A DNA stretch of 64,000 nucleotides from the NCBI GenBank assembly GCA_040385915.1, contig JAZKGK010000112.1, positions 12,320-76,319 on the forward strand, in the 5' to 3' direction. The translations under genes were made by a program, and so were the position numbers. The stretch's first letter is position 1. Each line of letters begins with the position of its first letter. Of this stretch, positions 8,308 to 16,453 are shown one piece after another. The notes under the pieces were generated by a model. The model did no database searches and had not been told where the DNA came from. It saw only the letters and a list, made by a program, of their open reading frames with translations. This DNA comes from Bacteroidota bacterium (GTDB taxonomy: Bacteria; Bacteroidota; Bacteroidia; Cytophagales; ES-bin-26).

Positions 8308-10092
8308 TCAATCGTAAACCGGGGAGGAAAACATTGCGATTTGCCTATTGCTTACAGGAGTCATTTCGCTTATAAAACTGCTCCACCCACTCAAAGTTAA
8401 ATGTAATTTATACTTTTCATTCAGTCTGTCAAGTGCTGTTTGGAGCTCCGACTTGTTGATAAGTTTGGCTAATGCTAAAAGGTCAATTCTCATTAAGACA
8501 TCTTTTGTAAACGTCCTTTTAGCATCAGCAAAAGTTATTGATTGCAAAAACTGAACTGTTTTATCAGCATTTAAAAGAATTAACGAGTAAACAGCAAATT
8601 CAATTCTATCAAAACCTATCAAATAGCAAGTGTCGTCAAGCATAACAGGTTTGTTGTCTTGAGGCAGAATTAATGTAAAATGAAACGTCTTGTAAAGACC
8701 TGAAATGGCAACTTTAAAAGGTTTAAATGAATAGTCTCCAATTCCAAATATTGAAAATAAAGGTTTGTTATTATATATACTGGATTTTCTTGCATCAAAA
8801 TTGGCTTGGTGCGCTGTTAAATATTGATACGTTTTTGGATATTTAGTTTTGATATATTGCGTTTCCTGTCCAACCTTTTTTTGTGTAACAATGGTGAATT
8901 TTCTTGTTTGGGTAATTACGGTATTTTTAAGGTCTGAACTTTTAAGAATACCGTAAACCAATGCATCCTCCAATATCACTTCTTCATTCAATCCATTTAC
9001 ATAATGTCCATTTTCTTTAATTAATTCCATTACGGAGGAACAGTCGTGTTTTAAACCTTGTCGCCAAATAAACGGGCACTCGCCGTCAATTTCTTTTGTA
9101 TGAATGTACGTATCCCTATTTGACACAAATTTTCCTCCTAACCAACCAAATTTCAAATAAGAAGTTTTGTTGTCATAAAAATTAAATTCTGTACAGTCAA
9201 AAGTTGGGCTTGCATTGAATTGACAATAAAACAAAGCGGCTTCAACAGATACATTAAATTCTTTTTTACTATCAATACATTGCTTCTCTATGGATGCAAT
9301 GCTATATTGATTTTTATTTTGGTCAAAGATAATATTTTTGATTACCGAATTTTTCACCAATAACAGTAAATGCCCATTCGTGTTTTGAAAAGCTTCAATC
9401 ATTATCAAGGTGATGAATTCAGCAATATCAAAGTTTCCTTTTCCGGTCATAGCGTCTAATCCGCTATGGTTTTTAAAATTAGTTTTCTTTGGAAGATTAG
9501 TTGAATTAAGGCTTCCCAATTTCGAGTTGGTTACCCAAGGGGGATTTCCAATGATTAGAATATCTTTTTTTGAATATTCTGTGGCTATTTGTTTAAAATC
9601 AAAGTCAAAAATATTGAAGTGACAAATTGAAATTTCGGGCTTATGATCATTTGGATTAGAGAGAAAAAAATCAATTACACTAAATTTAGTTTCCCAAACA
9701 TAGGGCTTGTAAATTTCTATACCAAAAATATTTTTGATGGTCTTAAAGTTTTGCAAGGCAGCAATAATAAAATTCCCTTTACCACAAGTTGGCTCAATTA
9801 CAATTTCAGGTGAAATGTTTTTTGAAGCCAAGTGCAAAGCAACTTTATTGGCTAAGTCAGTATTGGTTTGAAAGTCACCATATTCAGCTCGGTCAGGTTC
9901 TTCAATATTAAAATGCGTGTCAGAAAGAATTTCTTTAAGTATTTCTAATTCCTCATTAGTATCAAAAAAATGTATAATGCCGAAGGCAACATGCATTTCT
10001 TGATTTGCCTTTTCAAAAGAGGTAATCTTTTTCAGGTGATCATTTAAAAAAACCGAAACCTGATTAGTAATATTTGCTTCAAATACTTTCAT
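8308..10092 (-). CDS. Type II N6-adenine DNA methyltransferase (gamma class, Eco57I/TaqI-like)
   Basis: 594 aa. Motif I EPTCGKGNFIIAA precedes motif IV IIGNPPWV (NPPW), which is the gamma-class order. A long C-terminal target-recognition region follows. The start overlaps the upstream endonuclease stop by ATGA. Confidence 0.9.
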   Translation of the reverse strand: MKVFEANITNQVSVFLNDHLKKITSFEKANQEMHVAFGIIHFFDTNEELEILKEILSDTHFNIEEPDRAEYGDFQTNTDLANKVALHLASKNISPEIVIEPTCGKGNFIIAALQNFKTIKNIFGIEIYKPYVWETKFSVIDFFLSNPNDHKPEISICHFNIFDFDFKQIATEYSKKDILIIGNPPWVTNSKLGSLNSTNLPKKTNFKNHSGLDAMTGKGNFDIAEFITLIMIEAFQNTNGHLLLLVKNSVIKNIIFDQNKNQYSIASIEKQCIDSKKEFNVSVEAALFYCQFNASPTFDCTEFNFYDNKTSYLKFGWLGGKFVSNRDTYIHTKEIDGECPFIWRQGLKHDCSSVMELIKENGHYVNGLNEEVILEDALVYGILKSSDLKNTVITQTRKFTIVTQKKVGQETQYIKTKYPKTYQYLTAHQANFDARKSSIYNNKPLFSIFGIGDYSFKPFKVAISGLYKTFHFTLILPQDNKPVMLDDTCYLIGFDRIEFAVYSLILLNADKTVQFLQSITFADAKRTFTKDVLMRIDLLALAKLINKSELQTALDRLNEKYKLHLTLSGWSSFISEMTPVSNRQIAMFSSPVYD

Positions 10093-10766
10093 CCTTTCGG
10101 TTTGTTATAGCTAATGATTTTGGAAATGCCTGGAATATAGTCAACCAAGGCAACAATTCTTTGATATTGCAGTCGCCATTGTAATGCATTGGAAATGGTT
10201 AGATAACCTTGTTCGGGTGGTGTCTGTAAAATTTGTTCAGCTAATTTTGATAAGGTTAGTTCGTCTGCGGGTATATTTTTGTCTTGCAAATAAGCAATTA
10301 TGTCCGCTTCATTTGCAGCATCCTTAACCATTTCTCTCAAACGGAAAGTTGTTGTATAATCGGCAGTTCGTTCTTTTGAAACAAATGAACAGCTTACAAA
10401 GTTGAGTATGGCCGTTTGAGTGGTCTGATCGTCCGTTTTATCATAAACAAACACAAGTAAATTATAGCCAAGCCCAAAAATTTTTTGCTTTGCATCTTTA
10501 AAAGGGCAGGAAGATTGCGGCTGTTTAATTGAAGTAACTTTGATGTCAGTTAAAATATCTGCAGACGGTAAATCAATACCGCTTGCAGAGGAGCCAATTA
10601 TTAGCTGGTATTTTTCGCGTAAATGTTTTTGAAATTTTTGTTCAATGAGTGTTCCAACAGCTTTTCCATCAGTAACACCAAATAGTTCCTTATGTCTAAA
10701 TGTAGATTCTGCAACACAAAAATGTTGAGCTTCCTCTATAAGTTTTGGTATTGTTAAATTTTCCAT
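10089..10766 (-). CDS. Candidate type II restriction endonuclease (PD-(D/E)xK-like)
   Basis: 225 aa, immediately upstream of and translationally overlapped (ATGA, 10089-10092) with the methyltransferase. It has a candidate catalytic motif GIDLPSADILTDIKVTS (D...DxK). It shares the cassette's low GC. I cannot assign a family or specificity by eye. Confidence 0.6.
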   Translation of the reverse strand: MENLTIPKLIEEAQHFCVAESTFRHKELFGVTDGKAVGTLIEQKFQKHLREKYQLIIGSSASGIDLPSADILTDIKVTSIKQPQSSCPFKDAKQKIFGLGYNLLVFVYDKTDDQTTQTAILNFVSCSFVSKERTADYTTTFRLREMVKDAANEADIIAYLQDKNIPADELTLSKLAEQILQTPPEQGYLTISNALQWRLQYQRIVALVDYIPGISKIISYNKPKG

Positions 10767-10901
10767 AATCTCAAAATTACAATCTAAACCGCATCTTATT
10801 GTTGATTGGTTAGTTTTTTTGTCAGCCGTTGAATTAGGCTTTGCAAATCACTTTTTTATGTTATTTATACTCCTCTTCTAGTGAGTAAATTCAAGTTCAC
10901 T

Positions 10902-10947
10902 TTTCACTGAAATGGCACGACATCGGGGGCCGATATAGCCAAATCGG
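10902..10947. repeat. 46-bp direct repeat, right copy (functional 3' end of the Omp85-like gene)
   Basis: Identical to 8262-8307. It encodes ...DLAISAPDVVPFQ plus the TGA at 10904-10906. Confidence 0.95.
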
Positions 10948-12847
10948 ACAATTGCAGGCTGGGGAGGCCGGCAACATCGCCTCGGAACAGCGTGCGGTTT
11001 CCGGGAATATTGGGATAATAGCCAATTCGGAACTGGAAAGTATTGAAAGCTAAATGCTCATTTCTTATCCGAATGCCAACGCCATACCCTTGATAAAGCG
11101 CCTGATTGAACAAGGTGCCCTCTTTTCGCGCTACCAAGCCTAGATCAATGTTGGCAAAAAAAGCCGCCCGAAATCCAAGCAAGTTGCCTGGTGTAAAAAA
11201 AACTGTTTCCAGGTTAATAATCAGGCTTTCGGTACCACGCAAGGCATCTCTGGAAATGCCCCGAATACCGCTATTGTTACTGATGTCAATGCCTTCGTTA
11301 TAGAATCGGTTGATTCCCCGGCGATACCGGGCCGTAATAAACTGTCGTATTTTGAGCTTATGTTCACCCAGCAACGGGCTGAAGTATTTAACTCCTACGT
11401 CTAAAGCACCTTGCTCCCAGTGGCTATTCCTAAAAAAAGAACCCACATTCACATTGCCATACAAATAGCCTAAACGCGTAAAATATTGCGCATACACCCA
11501 GTTGATACCGCCGTATGTCCGTCTGCCCAGAAATTTCCTTTCTTCCACACCCACTGTTAGGTTGATAAGGCCACCATAGGGCACGTCTTCTGTCCGGCCA
11601 AAGCCATAAATATATACATCGCGAAAGTAATTACGGCGGGAAAAACCCACGCTGAAAAGCCCAGTGGTGCGCCCCAGGTACTGATTAGTATCGGGCTTGA
11701 TTTCAGGCATTTGGGCATAATCGGTATATATACCTCGGGCAGCCACCACCACCCGAGCGCTTTTGTTGAAGGCTTGGCTACCTGAAAAAAACCGAAAGGA
11801 TCGACCCAACCACAAATCCCCTAACTTATAGTCGACTGGTAAAGTGAAGTTGATGGTATCGGTAGGAAAAAGCAGCGGAACCAAACGTTGGTTCTGACTT
11901 ATTTCCAGTCCACCCGCATATTTGATAGTGGCAGCCAGAAAGGGTTTGCGTAGCCGAATTGCATAGCTATGGTTATCCCATTCATTGATATATTCTGCTC
12001 CTGCACTAATGTACGTCTTACCCACGTAAGGAATGGTGTACTGCCCCCGATAGCCCCATTGCTGGTTTCGTATTTGTTCATAAGACACCCCCACGCGTAA
12101 GTCATGCCCCAGGCCAAGCAGATTCTTGTCGTCAAGATTTAGGTTGGCCGATTGAAAGCCACCCATGCCACCATCTACCGAAATAGACCAAACATCTTGC
12201 GTGAGCACCAATACATCCACAGTATCTTTATCGTTGAGACGGGGCACCACGAAAATACGGGCATCGAGCAAGTTGGGCAATGCCGTACGAAGAATCCGTT
12301 CGTTGTTGCTCAGCACCTGATGGTCTACGGTACTGCCTTCGGCAAAAAGCAGGTAATTGTTCTTGATGATGTATTTTCGGGTATCTACATGAAGGCGGTT
12401 GCCTGTGTATTCGAACCAGTTTTGCGGAGGCCGAAGCGTATCATTCACCGAAGGACCAAACACATCTACCCGCTTCACTTCAATACGTCCGATAATTTTG
12501 CCATCATACCGTATGTTAGGATTCACTATTTTCTTAGCAGCTACCTTTGCTTCTTCATTCAGTTTGTCTACGGGCTGCGCTGGCTCTCGAAACAACCACT
12601 CGTACATGCCTCTCATTACTTTGGTTCTGGAGAAAAAGTCTTTGATACTCCGATAAAATTGATTGGTAGATTTGGTGCGGGTGCTGGTTGGGTTGCCCTT
12701 CAGAATATCGTTTTGATTGGCAATATCCTTGGCACGGATTTCATTCAAACGAACTGTATCGATTTGTTGCGCCATAGCAATACTAGAAGGCAATAAAAGC
12801 CCTATGATTACCCAAATTATGCCAATTGCCAGATGTTTTACCCTCAA
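10904..12847 (-). CDS. Omp85/BamA-family outer-membrane protein (POTRA-like N-terminal region plus beta-barrel)
   Basis: 647 aa. Signal peptide ...LLLPSSIAMAQQ. POTRA-like segment GRIEVKRVDVFGPSV...ERILRTALPNLLDARIFVVP...VDVLVLTQDVWS. The rest is a long region of alternating aromatic/glycine beta-strands (YGFGRTEDVPYGG, GYGVGIRIRN). Confidence 0.55.
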   Translation of the reverse strand: MRVKHLAIGIIWVIIGLLLPSSIAMAQQIDTVRLNEIRAKDIANQNDILKGNPTSTRTKSTNQFYRSIKDFFSRTKVMRGMYEWLFREPAQPVDKLNEEAKVAAKKIVNPNIRYDGKIIGRIEVKRVDVFGPSVNDTLRPPQNWFEYTGNRLHVDTRKYIIKNNYLLFAEGSTVDHQVLSNNERILRTALPNLLDARIFVVPRLNDKDTVDVLVLTQDVWSISVDGGMGGFQSANLNLDDKNLLGLGHDLRVGVSYEQIRNQQWGYRGQYTIPYVGKTYISAGAEYINEWDNHSYAIRLRKPFLAATIKYAGGLEISQNQRLVPLLFPTDTINFTLPVDYKLGDLWLGRSFRFFSGSQAFNKSARVVVAARGIYTDYAQMPEIKPDTNQYLGRTTGLFSVGFSRRNYFRDVYIYGFGRTEDVPYGGLINLTVGVEERKFLGRRTYGGINWVYAQYFTRLGYLYGNVNVGSFFRNSHWEQGALDVGVKYFSPLLGEHKLKIRQFITARYRRGINRFYNEGIDISNNSGIRGISRDALRGTESLIINLETVFFTPGNLLGFRAAFFANIDLGLVARKEGTLFNQALYQGYGVGIRIRNEHLAFNTFQFRIGYYPNIPGNRTLFRGDVAGLPSLQLSDLAISAPDVVPFQ

Positions 12848-13011
12848 AACTTAATTTAAACTACAGTGTATGCGATCTTCTTGAATTGGCTCACCTATTG
12901 AGCCAGCATGCTTCGCTAGACTTCTTTTATCTCTCCTTACTCTATACGCCATTCTATCTACATAAGATATAGTAGACCAGGCGTTGGAAAGTAGACATTG
13001 TCGATGAGGCA

Positions 13012-13578
13012 CTACCGAAGGAATTTCCGAAAGAGCAAATCGGTCTGGTCTTCGTCGCCGAAGTGGAAAATATATGAGCTGAACTGTGCAAAACCCCAGC
13101 GTTGGTAAAAGGCAATAGCCGCCGGATTGTGTTCCCACACTCCTAGCCAGACCACTTCGAAGCCTTGGCTTTGGGCTGTATCGAGACAGGTTTGCATGAG
13201 CAATTTACCAATTTTACGCCCTTTCATCCGCTCCAACACGTAAATACGTTGAATTTCTATGGCTCGGTAGTCTGCCAGGGCTGGCTGCATTTTGCTGGTT
13301 CTAAGTTTGGCGTAACCAACCAGATTGCCTTCTTTTAATTCATTTCCAGAAAAAACCAGAAAAAAAGTCGACGCTTCGTCGCGCAATTCGGCAGCAAGTT
13401 GGGCTTCAGTAAAGGCGTCTTCCATATAAGCAGCCATATTTTCGGGCTTATTTTGGGCAGCAAAAGCCTCCATAAATGTTTGCCGACTCAATTGTAAAAG
13501 CGGCCCGACATCGGTTGGGGTGGCTTTACGGAGTAAAAGGGTAGCTGAATCCATTGAATAGAATACGTTTTCATTCAA
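13012..13578 (-). CDS. GNAT-family N-acetyltransferase
   Basis: 188 aa. Acetyl-CoA motif A is QRIYVLERMKGRKIGKLLMQ, and the C-terminal region has NPAAIAFYQRWGF. The start could be the ATG at 13554 (MDSATLLLRKATP). Confidence 0.85.
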   Translation of the reverse strand: MNENVFYSMDSATLLLRKATPTDVGPLLQLSRQTFMEAFAAQNKPENMAAYMEDAFTEAQLAAELRDEASTFFLVFSGNELKEGNLVGYAKLRTSKMQPALADYRAIEIQRIYVLERMKGRKIGKLLMQTCLDTAQSQGFEVVWLGVWEHNPAAIAFYQRWGFAQFSSYIFHFGDEDQTDLLFRKFLR

Positions 13579-13742
13579 AAATTATGTGCTGGCAAATGAA
13601 CCCAGGTTATTTTACAACAGCAAAAGAGAGCACGAAAAAAAGGAACAACTGAAGGAATTCCCTAATTTCAAAACCTTTCCGTGTACAGATTGCATATCTA
13701 CCGACATTGATAGACCTTTGCGTCAAACGAGAACGGATTGAT

Positions 13743-15038
13743 ATGGCCGAAATTAAACCCATCCGAGCCTGGCGATACAACCGGGAGCTTTCCCAAAACA
13801 TCGAACAACTGACTTCTCCCCTCTTTGATGTGGTATCGGATAGGCAGCGAGAAACGTTGTACAAAAACCCTTACAACAGCATCCATCTGTCTGTGCCGCT
13901 CCACGCCAATGGGGAAGTCCAAAAGTTGCTCAATCGTTGGAAATACGAAAATGTTATCGAACAAGACCAGTTGCCGGGCATTTACGTGTATTACCAATAC
14001 TTTTCACTAACGGGTAGCCCTGCAGCATACGTGCGCAAAGGCTTTATTTGCCACATAAAAGCCTATCACTGGGACGAAAAAGTAGTGCTACGCCACGAAA
14101 ACACGATGCCCGGCTCAGTGAATGATCGCACCGAACTGCTGGAAAAAACCCTGCTGAACGCAAGTCCCACGCACGGATTGTACACGGATACGGCTTTTGA
14201 ACTGGAGTCATACATGGACGAAAGTATACTTTCTCCCCTATACGAAACAGAAGATTATCAGGGCGTACGGGAAGTATTGAGCGTGATTCACGATGCGGAA
14301 GTGATCCGAAAGTTTATGGCCAGCCTAGCAGACAAAGCAATAATCCTAGCCGATGGACACCATCGTTACGAAGCGTCGCTGGCTTACCGCAGGCAGGAAA
14401 CAGCGAAAAACCCGCACCACACCGGACAGGAAGCCTATAATTACCACCTAATGTACCTGACCAATACCGAAGCCCATGATTTGCAGATATTGCCTACACA
14501 TAGGCTGGTACAAAACCTGCCTGCTTTTGATGCCGCCGCTTTTTTACAAAAGTTATCGACCTACTTTACTATCCAGGAAGTAGAAAACCCGTACGACGTT
14601 GCCGAGATTATTGCAGGAAAAAAGTGGGCGTTTGGTTTGCTACTGCCCGAAAGCGCCTACAAGCTCCGGCTAAAACCTGAGGTTTTTCCGACTATATCCT
14701 GGAAATTCCCGCCTGAAGTAAAAGACCTAGACCTAACAGTGCTGCACTATTTCGCCCTGTATTGTACGCTAGGCATTGCGGGCAAAGACCAGCGCAGCGA
14801 TGAACACCTGCGTTATTCGCGTAACTTTACTGAATGCATTACCCAAGTCAGGCAAGGGCAGGCTCAATGTGCCTTCGTTACCAATGCCGTCTCTATGGAA
14901 GAAATTAAGCAAGTGTGCGCCAGCGGTTACACTTTGCCCCCTAAATCGACTTATTTTTACCCAAAAGTTATCTGCGGATTCTTATTCAGTTCTATTCAAC
15001 CCGATGAATTTAAAGCACCCACTTATTCTGGCTTCTAA
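13743..15038 (+). CDS. DUF1015-family protein
   Basis: Starts MAEIKPIRAWRYN, the typical DUF1015 N-terminus, and has an internal ADGHHRYEASL motif. The ORF-track start at 13707 looks like a spurious upstream extension. Confidence 0.75.
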   Translation: MAEIKPIRAWRYNRELSQNIEQLTSPLFDVVSDRQRETLYKNPYNSIHLSVPLHANGEVQKLLNRWKYENVIEQDQLPGIYVYYQYFSLTGSPAAYVRKGFICHIKAYHWDEKVVLRHENTMPGSVNDRTELLEKTLLNASPTHGLYTDTAFELESYMDESILSPLYETEDYQGVREVLSVIHDAEVIRKFMASLADKAIILADGHHRYEASLAYRRQETAKNPHHTGQEAYNYHLMYLTNTEAHDLQILPTHRLVQNLPAFDAAAFLQKLSTYFTIQEVENPYDVAEIIAGKKWAFGLLLPESAYKLRLKPEVFPTISWKFPPEVKDLDLTVLHYFALYCTLGIAGKDQRSDEHLRYSRNFTECITQVRQGQAQCAFVTNAVSMEEIKQVCASGYTLPPKSTYFYPKVICGFLFSSIQPDEFKAPTYSGF

Positions 15039-15576
15039 CTCGCCCCGACGCCAGCAATTGTTGCGCGAAATGGGCATTCCATTTACCGTACAAGTAAAAG
15101 ATACCCCCGAAGACTTTCCCGAAGATATGCCCGTAGCCGAGGTGCCAGGCTACCTGGCCCGCAAAAAGGCAACTGCTTTTGCCAATGACCTGAGCAACGC
15201 TATTATCCTGACCGCTGACACAGTGGTGATTATTGACGGCAAAATTCTAAACAAGCCTGCCGATGCCGCCGAAGCCCGGTATATGCTCCGTACTTTATCA
15301 GGCCGTATGCACGAGGTCATTACGGGCGTATGTGTGCTGCGTGGCGAGCAAGTCCAGGTGTTTTCCGATAGCGTCTATGTGTATTTCGCTGCGCTCTCGG
15401 ACGAAGAAATCGGCTACTATATTACGCATCATCGTCCTTTCGACAAGGCTGGCGCTTATGGTGCGCAGGACTGGCTTGGTCTGGTAGGCATTGAGCGCAT
15501 CGAAGGTTCCTATTTCACGGTGATGGGGCTACCTACGCATAAAGTATACGCTGCCTTGCGGGAATTTAGCCATTAA
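15004..15576 (+). CDS. maf: Maf-like nucleoside-triphosphate pyrophosphatase (septum formation protein Maf)
   Basis: MNLKHPLILASNSPRRQQLL...TADTVV..DG.ILNKP...AGAYGAQ are canonical Maf motifs. The ORF-track start at 14776 lies inside the DUF1015 gene. The ATG at 15004 gives a 190-aa protein overlapping the DUF1015 3' end by 35 nt. Confidence 0.85.
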   Translation: MNLKHPLILASNSPRRQQLLREMGIPFTVQVKDTPEDFPEDMPVAEVPGYLARKKATAFANDLSNAIILTADTVVIIDGKILNKPADAAEARYMLRTLSGRMHEVITGVCVLRGEQVQVFSDSVYVYFAALSDEEIGYYITHHRPFDKAGAYGAQDWLGLVGIERIEGSYFTVMGLPTHKVYAALREFSH

Positions 15577-15595
15577 CCCATCAGCAAATCAACCT

Positions 15596-16345
15596 ATGCT
15601 TTCACAACTCAACGCGATATACCTCAGGCAACGCTTTTTTATCAATGGCTTGAGCTTGTTTATTAATCCTTTCTTCTTCATCCGGCGGGGTTTGCTTCGG
15701 GGCATTCGCAAATTTGCGCCCCAATTGAGTGGACGACTGCTTGATTTTGGCTGCGGTAGCAAACCTTATCGGGAATTATTTTCGGTGAATGAATACATTG
15801 GCGTAGATATGGAGCAAACGGGTCACGCCCACCTGAAAGAGGAATTGCTGACGATTGATGTGTTCTATGATGGCAAAACCATTCCCTTTCCCAACAACCA
15901 CTTCGACTCCGTCTTTTGCAGCGAAGTTTTCGAGCATATTTTCAACCTGGATGACATGCTGGTTGAAATCAATCGGGTGGTGAAACCTGGCGGAATGGCG
16001 CTGTTTACGGTTCCTTTCGTCTGGAATGAACACGAAGTACCTTATGATTTTGGGCGTTATTCTTCCTTCGGCATTACCCATTTGATGCAAAAGCACGGTT
16101 TTGAGTTAATAGAACTGCACAAAACCACCCATTTCGCCGAAGTGCTTTGCCAACTCTGGCTTCTGTACCTGCGTGACCTGCTCTATACCTCCAATAAGTA
16201 TTTGAACATCGGCATCAACCTGTTATTTATCGCTCCTTTCACCATTATCAGTCTATTGCTGACCGCAGTTTTGCCGAAGAACCACAGCCTATACCACAAT
16301 AATGTAGTGCTGGCTAGGAAAATGCAATTAACAATTAACAATTAA
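15596..16345 (+). CDS. Class I SAM-dependent methyltransferase with C-terminal hydrophobic tail
   Basis: SAM motif I LLDFGCGSKPY, an FDSVFCSEVFEH acidic-loop region and a VKPGG motif. The last 21 nt plus the stop codon lie inside the CAATTAA microsatellite. Confidence 0.75.
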   Translation: MLSQLNAIYLRQRFFINGLSLFINPFFFIRRGLLRGIRKFAPQLSGRLLDFGCGSKPYRELFSVNEYIGVDMEQTGHAHLKEELLTIDVFYDGKTIPFPNNHFDSVFCSEVFEHIFNLDDMLVEINRVVKPGGMALFTVPFVWNEHEVPYDFGRYSSFGITHLMQKHGFELIELHKTTHFAEVLCQLWLLYLRDLLYTSNKYLNIGINLLFIAPFTIISLLLTAVLPKNHSLYHNNVVLARKMQLTINN

Positions 16346-16384
16346 CAATTAACAATTAACAATTAACAATTAACAATTAACAAT
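16325..16384. repeat. Heptanucleotide microsatellite (CAATTAA) x 8 plus partial unit
   Basis: Eight perfect tandem 7-mers at 16325-16380 followed by caat. It spans the methyltransferase stop (16343-16345) and ends 70 nt upstream of the glycosyltransferase ATG (16454). Confidence 0.95.
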
Positions 16385-16453
16385 GTTTTTTGAAAAGCAT
16401 TGGTGGTGCTTCTTTAGCGGGCTTTGTCGAAGATCGATCAACTTATTCCTGAA

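Larger units (their letters stand above)
8308..10901 (-). mobile_element. Low-GC two-gene type II restriction-modification cassette inserted at the 3' end of the Omp85-like gene (no recombinase gene)
   Basis: The segment is bracketed by the 46-bp direct repeats and contains only the R and M genes. It is visibly AT-rich: 21/60 G+C in line 9181-9240 versus 30/60 in line 10981-11040. Confidence 0.6.

Noticed and set aside
12887-12905. Small hairpin tggctca/cctat/tgagcca between the GNAT gene stop and the Omp85-like gene start.
   Set aside because: The stem is only 7 bp and has no convincing T-run on the relevant strand. That is too weak to call a terminator.
14776-15003. 76-codon N-terminal extension of the Maf ORF overlapping the DUF1015 gene.
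   Set aside because: The Maf homology (LILASNSPRR) begins right after the internal ATG at 15004. The extension is out of frame with, and buried in, the DUF1015 coding sequence.
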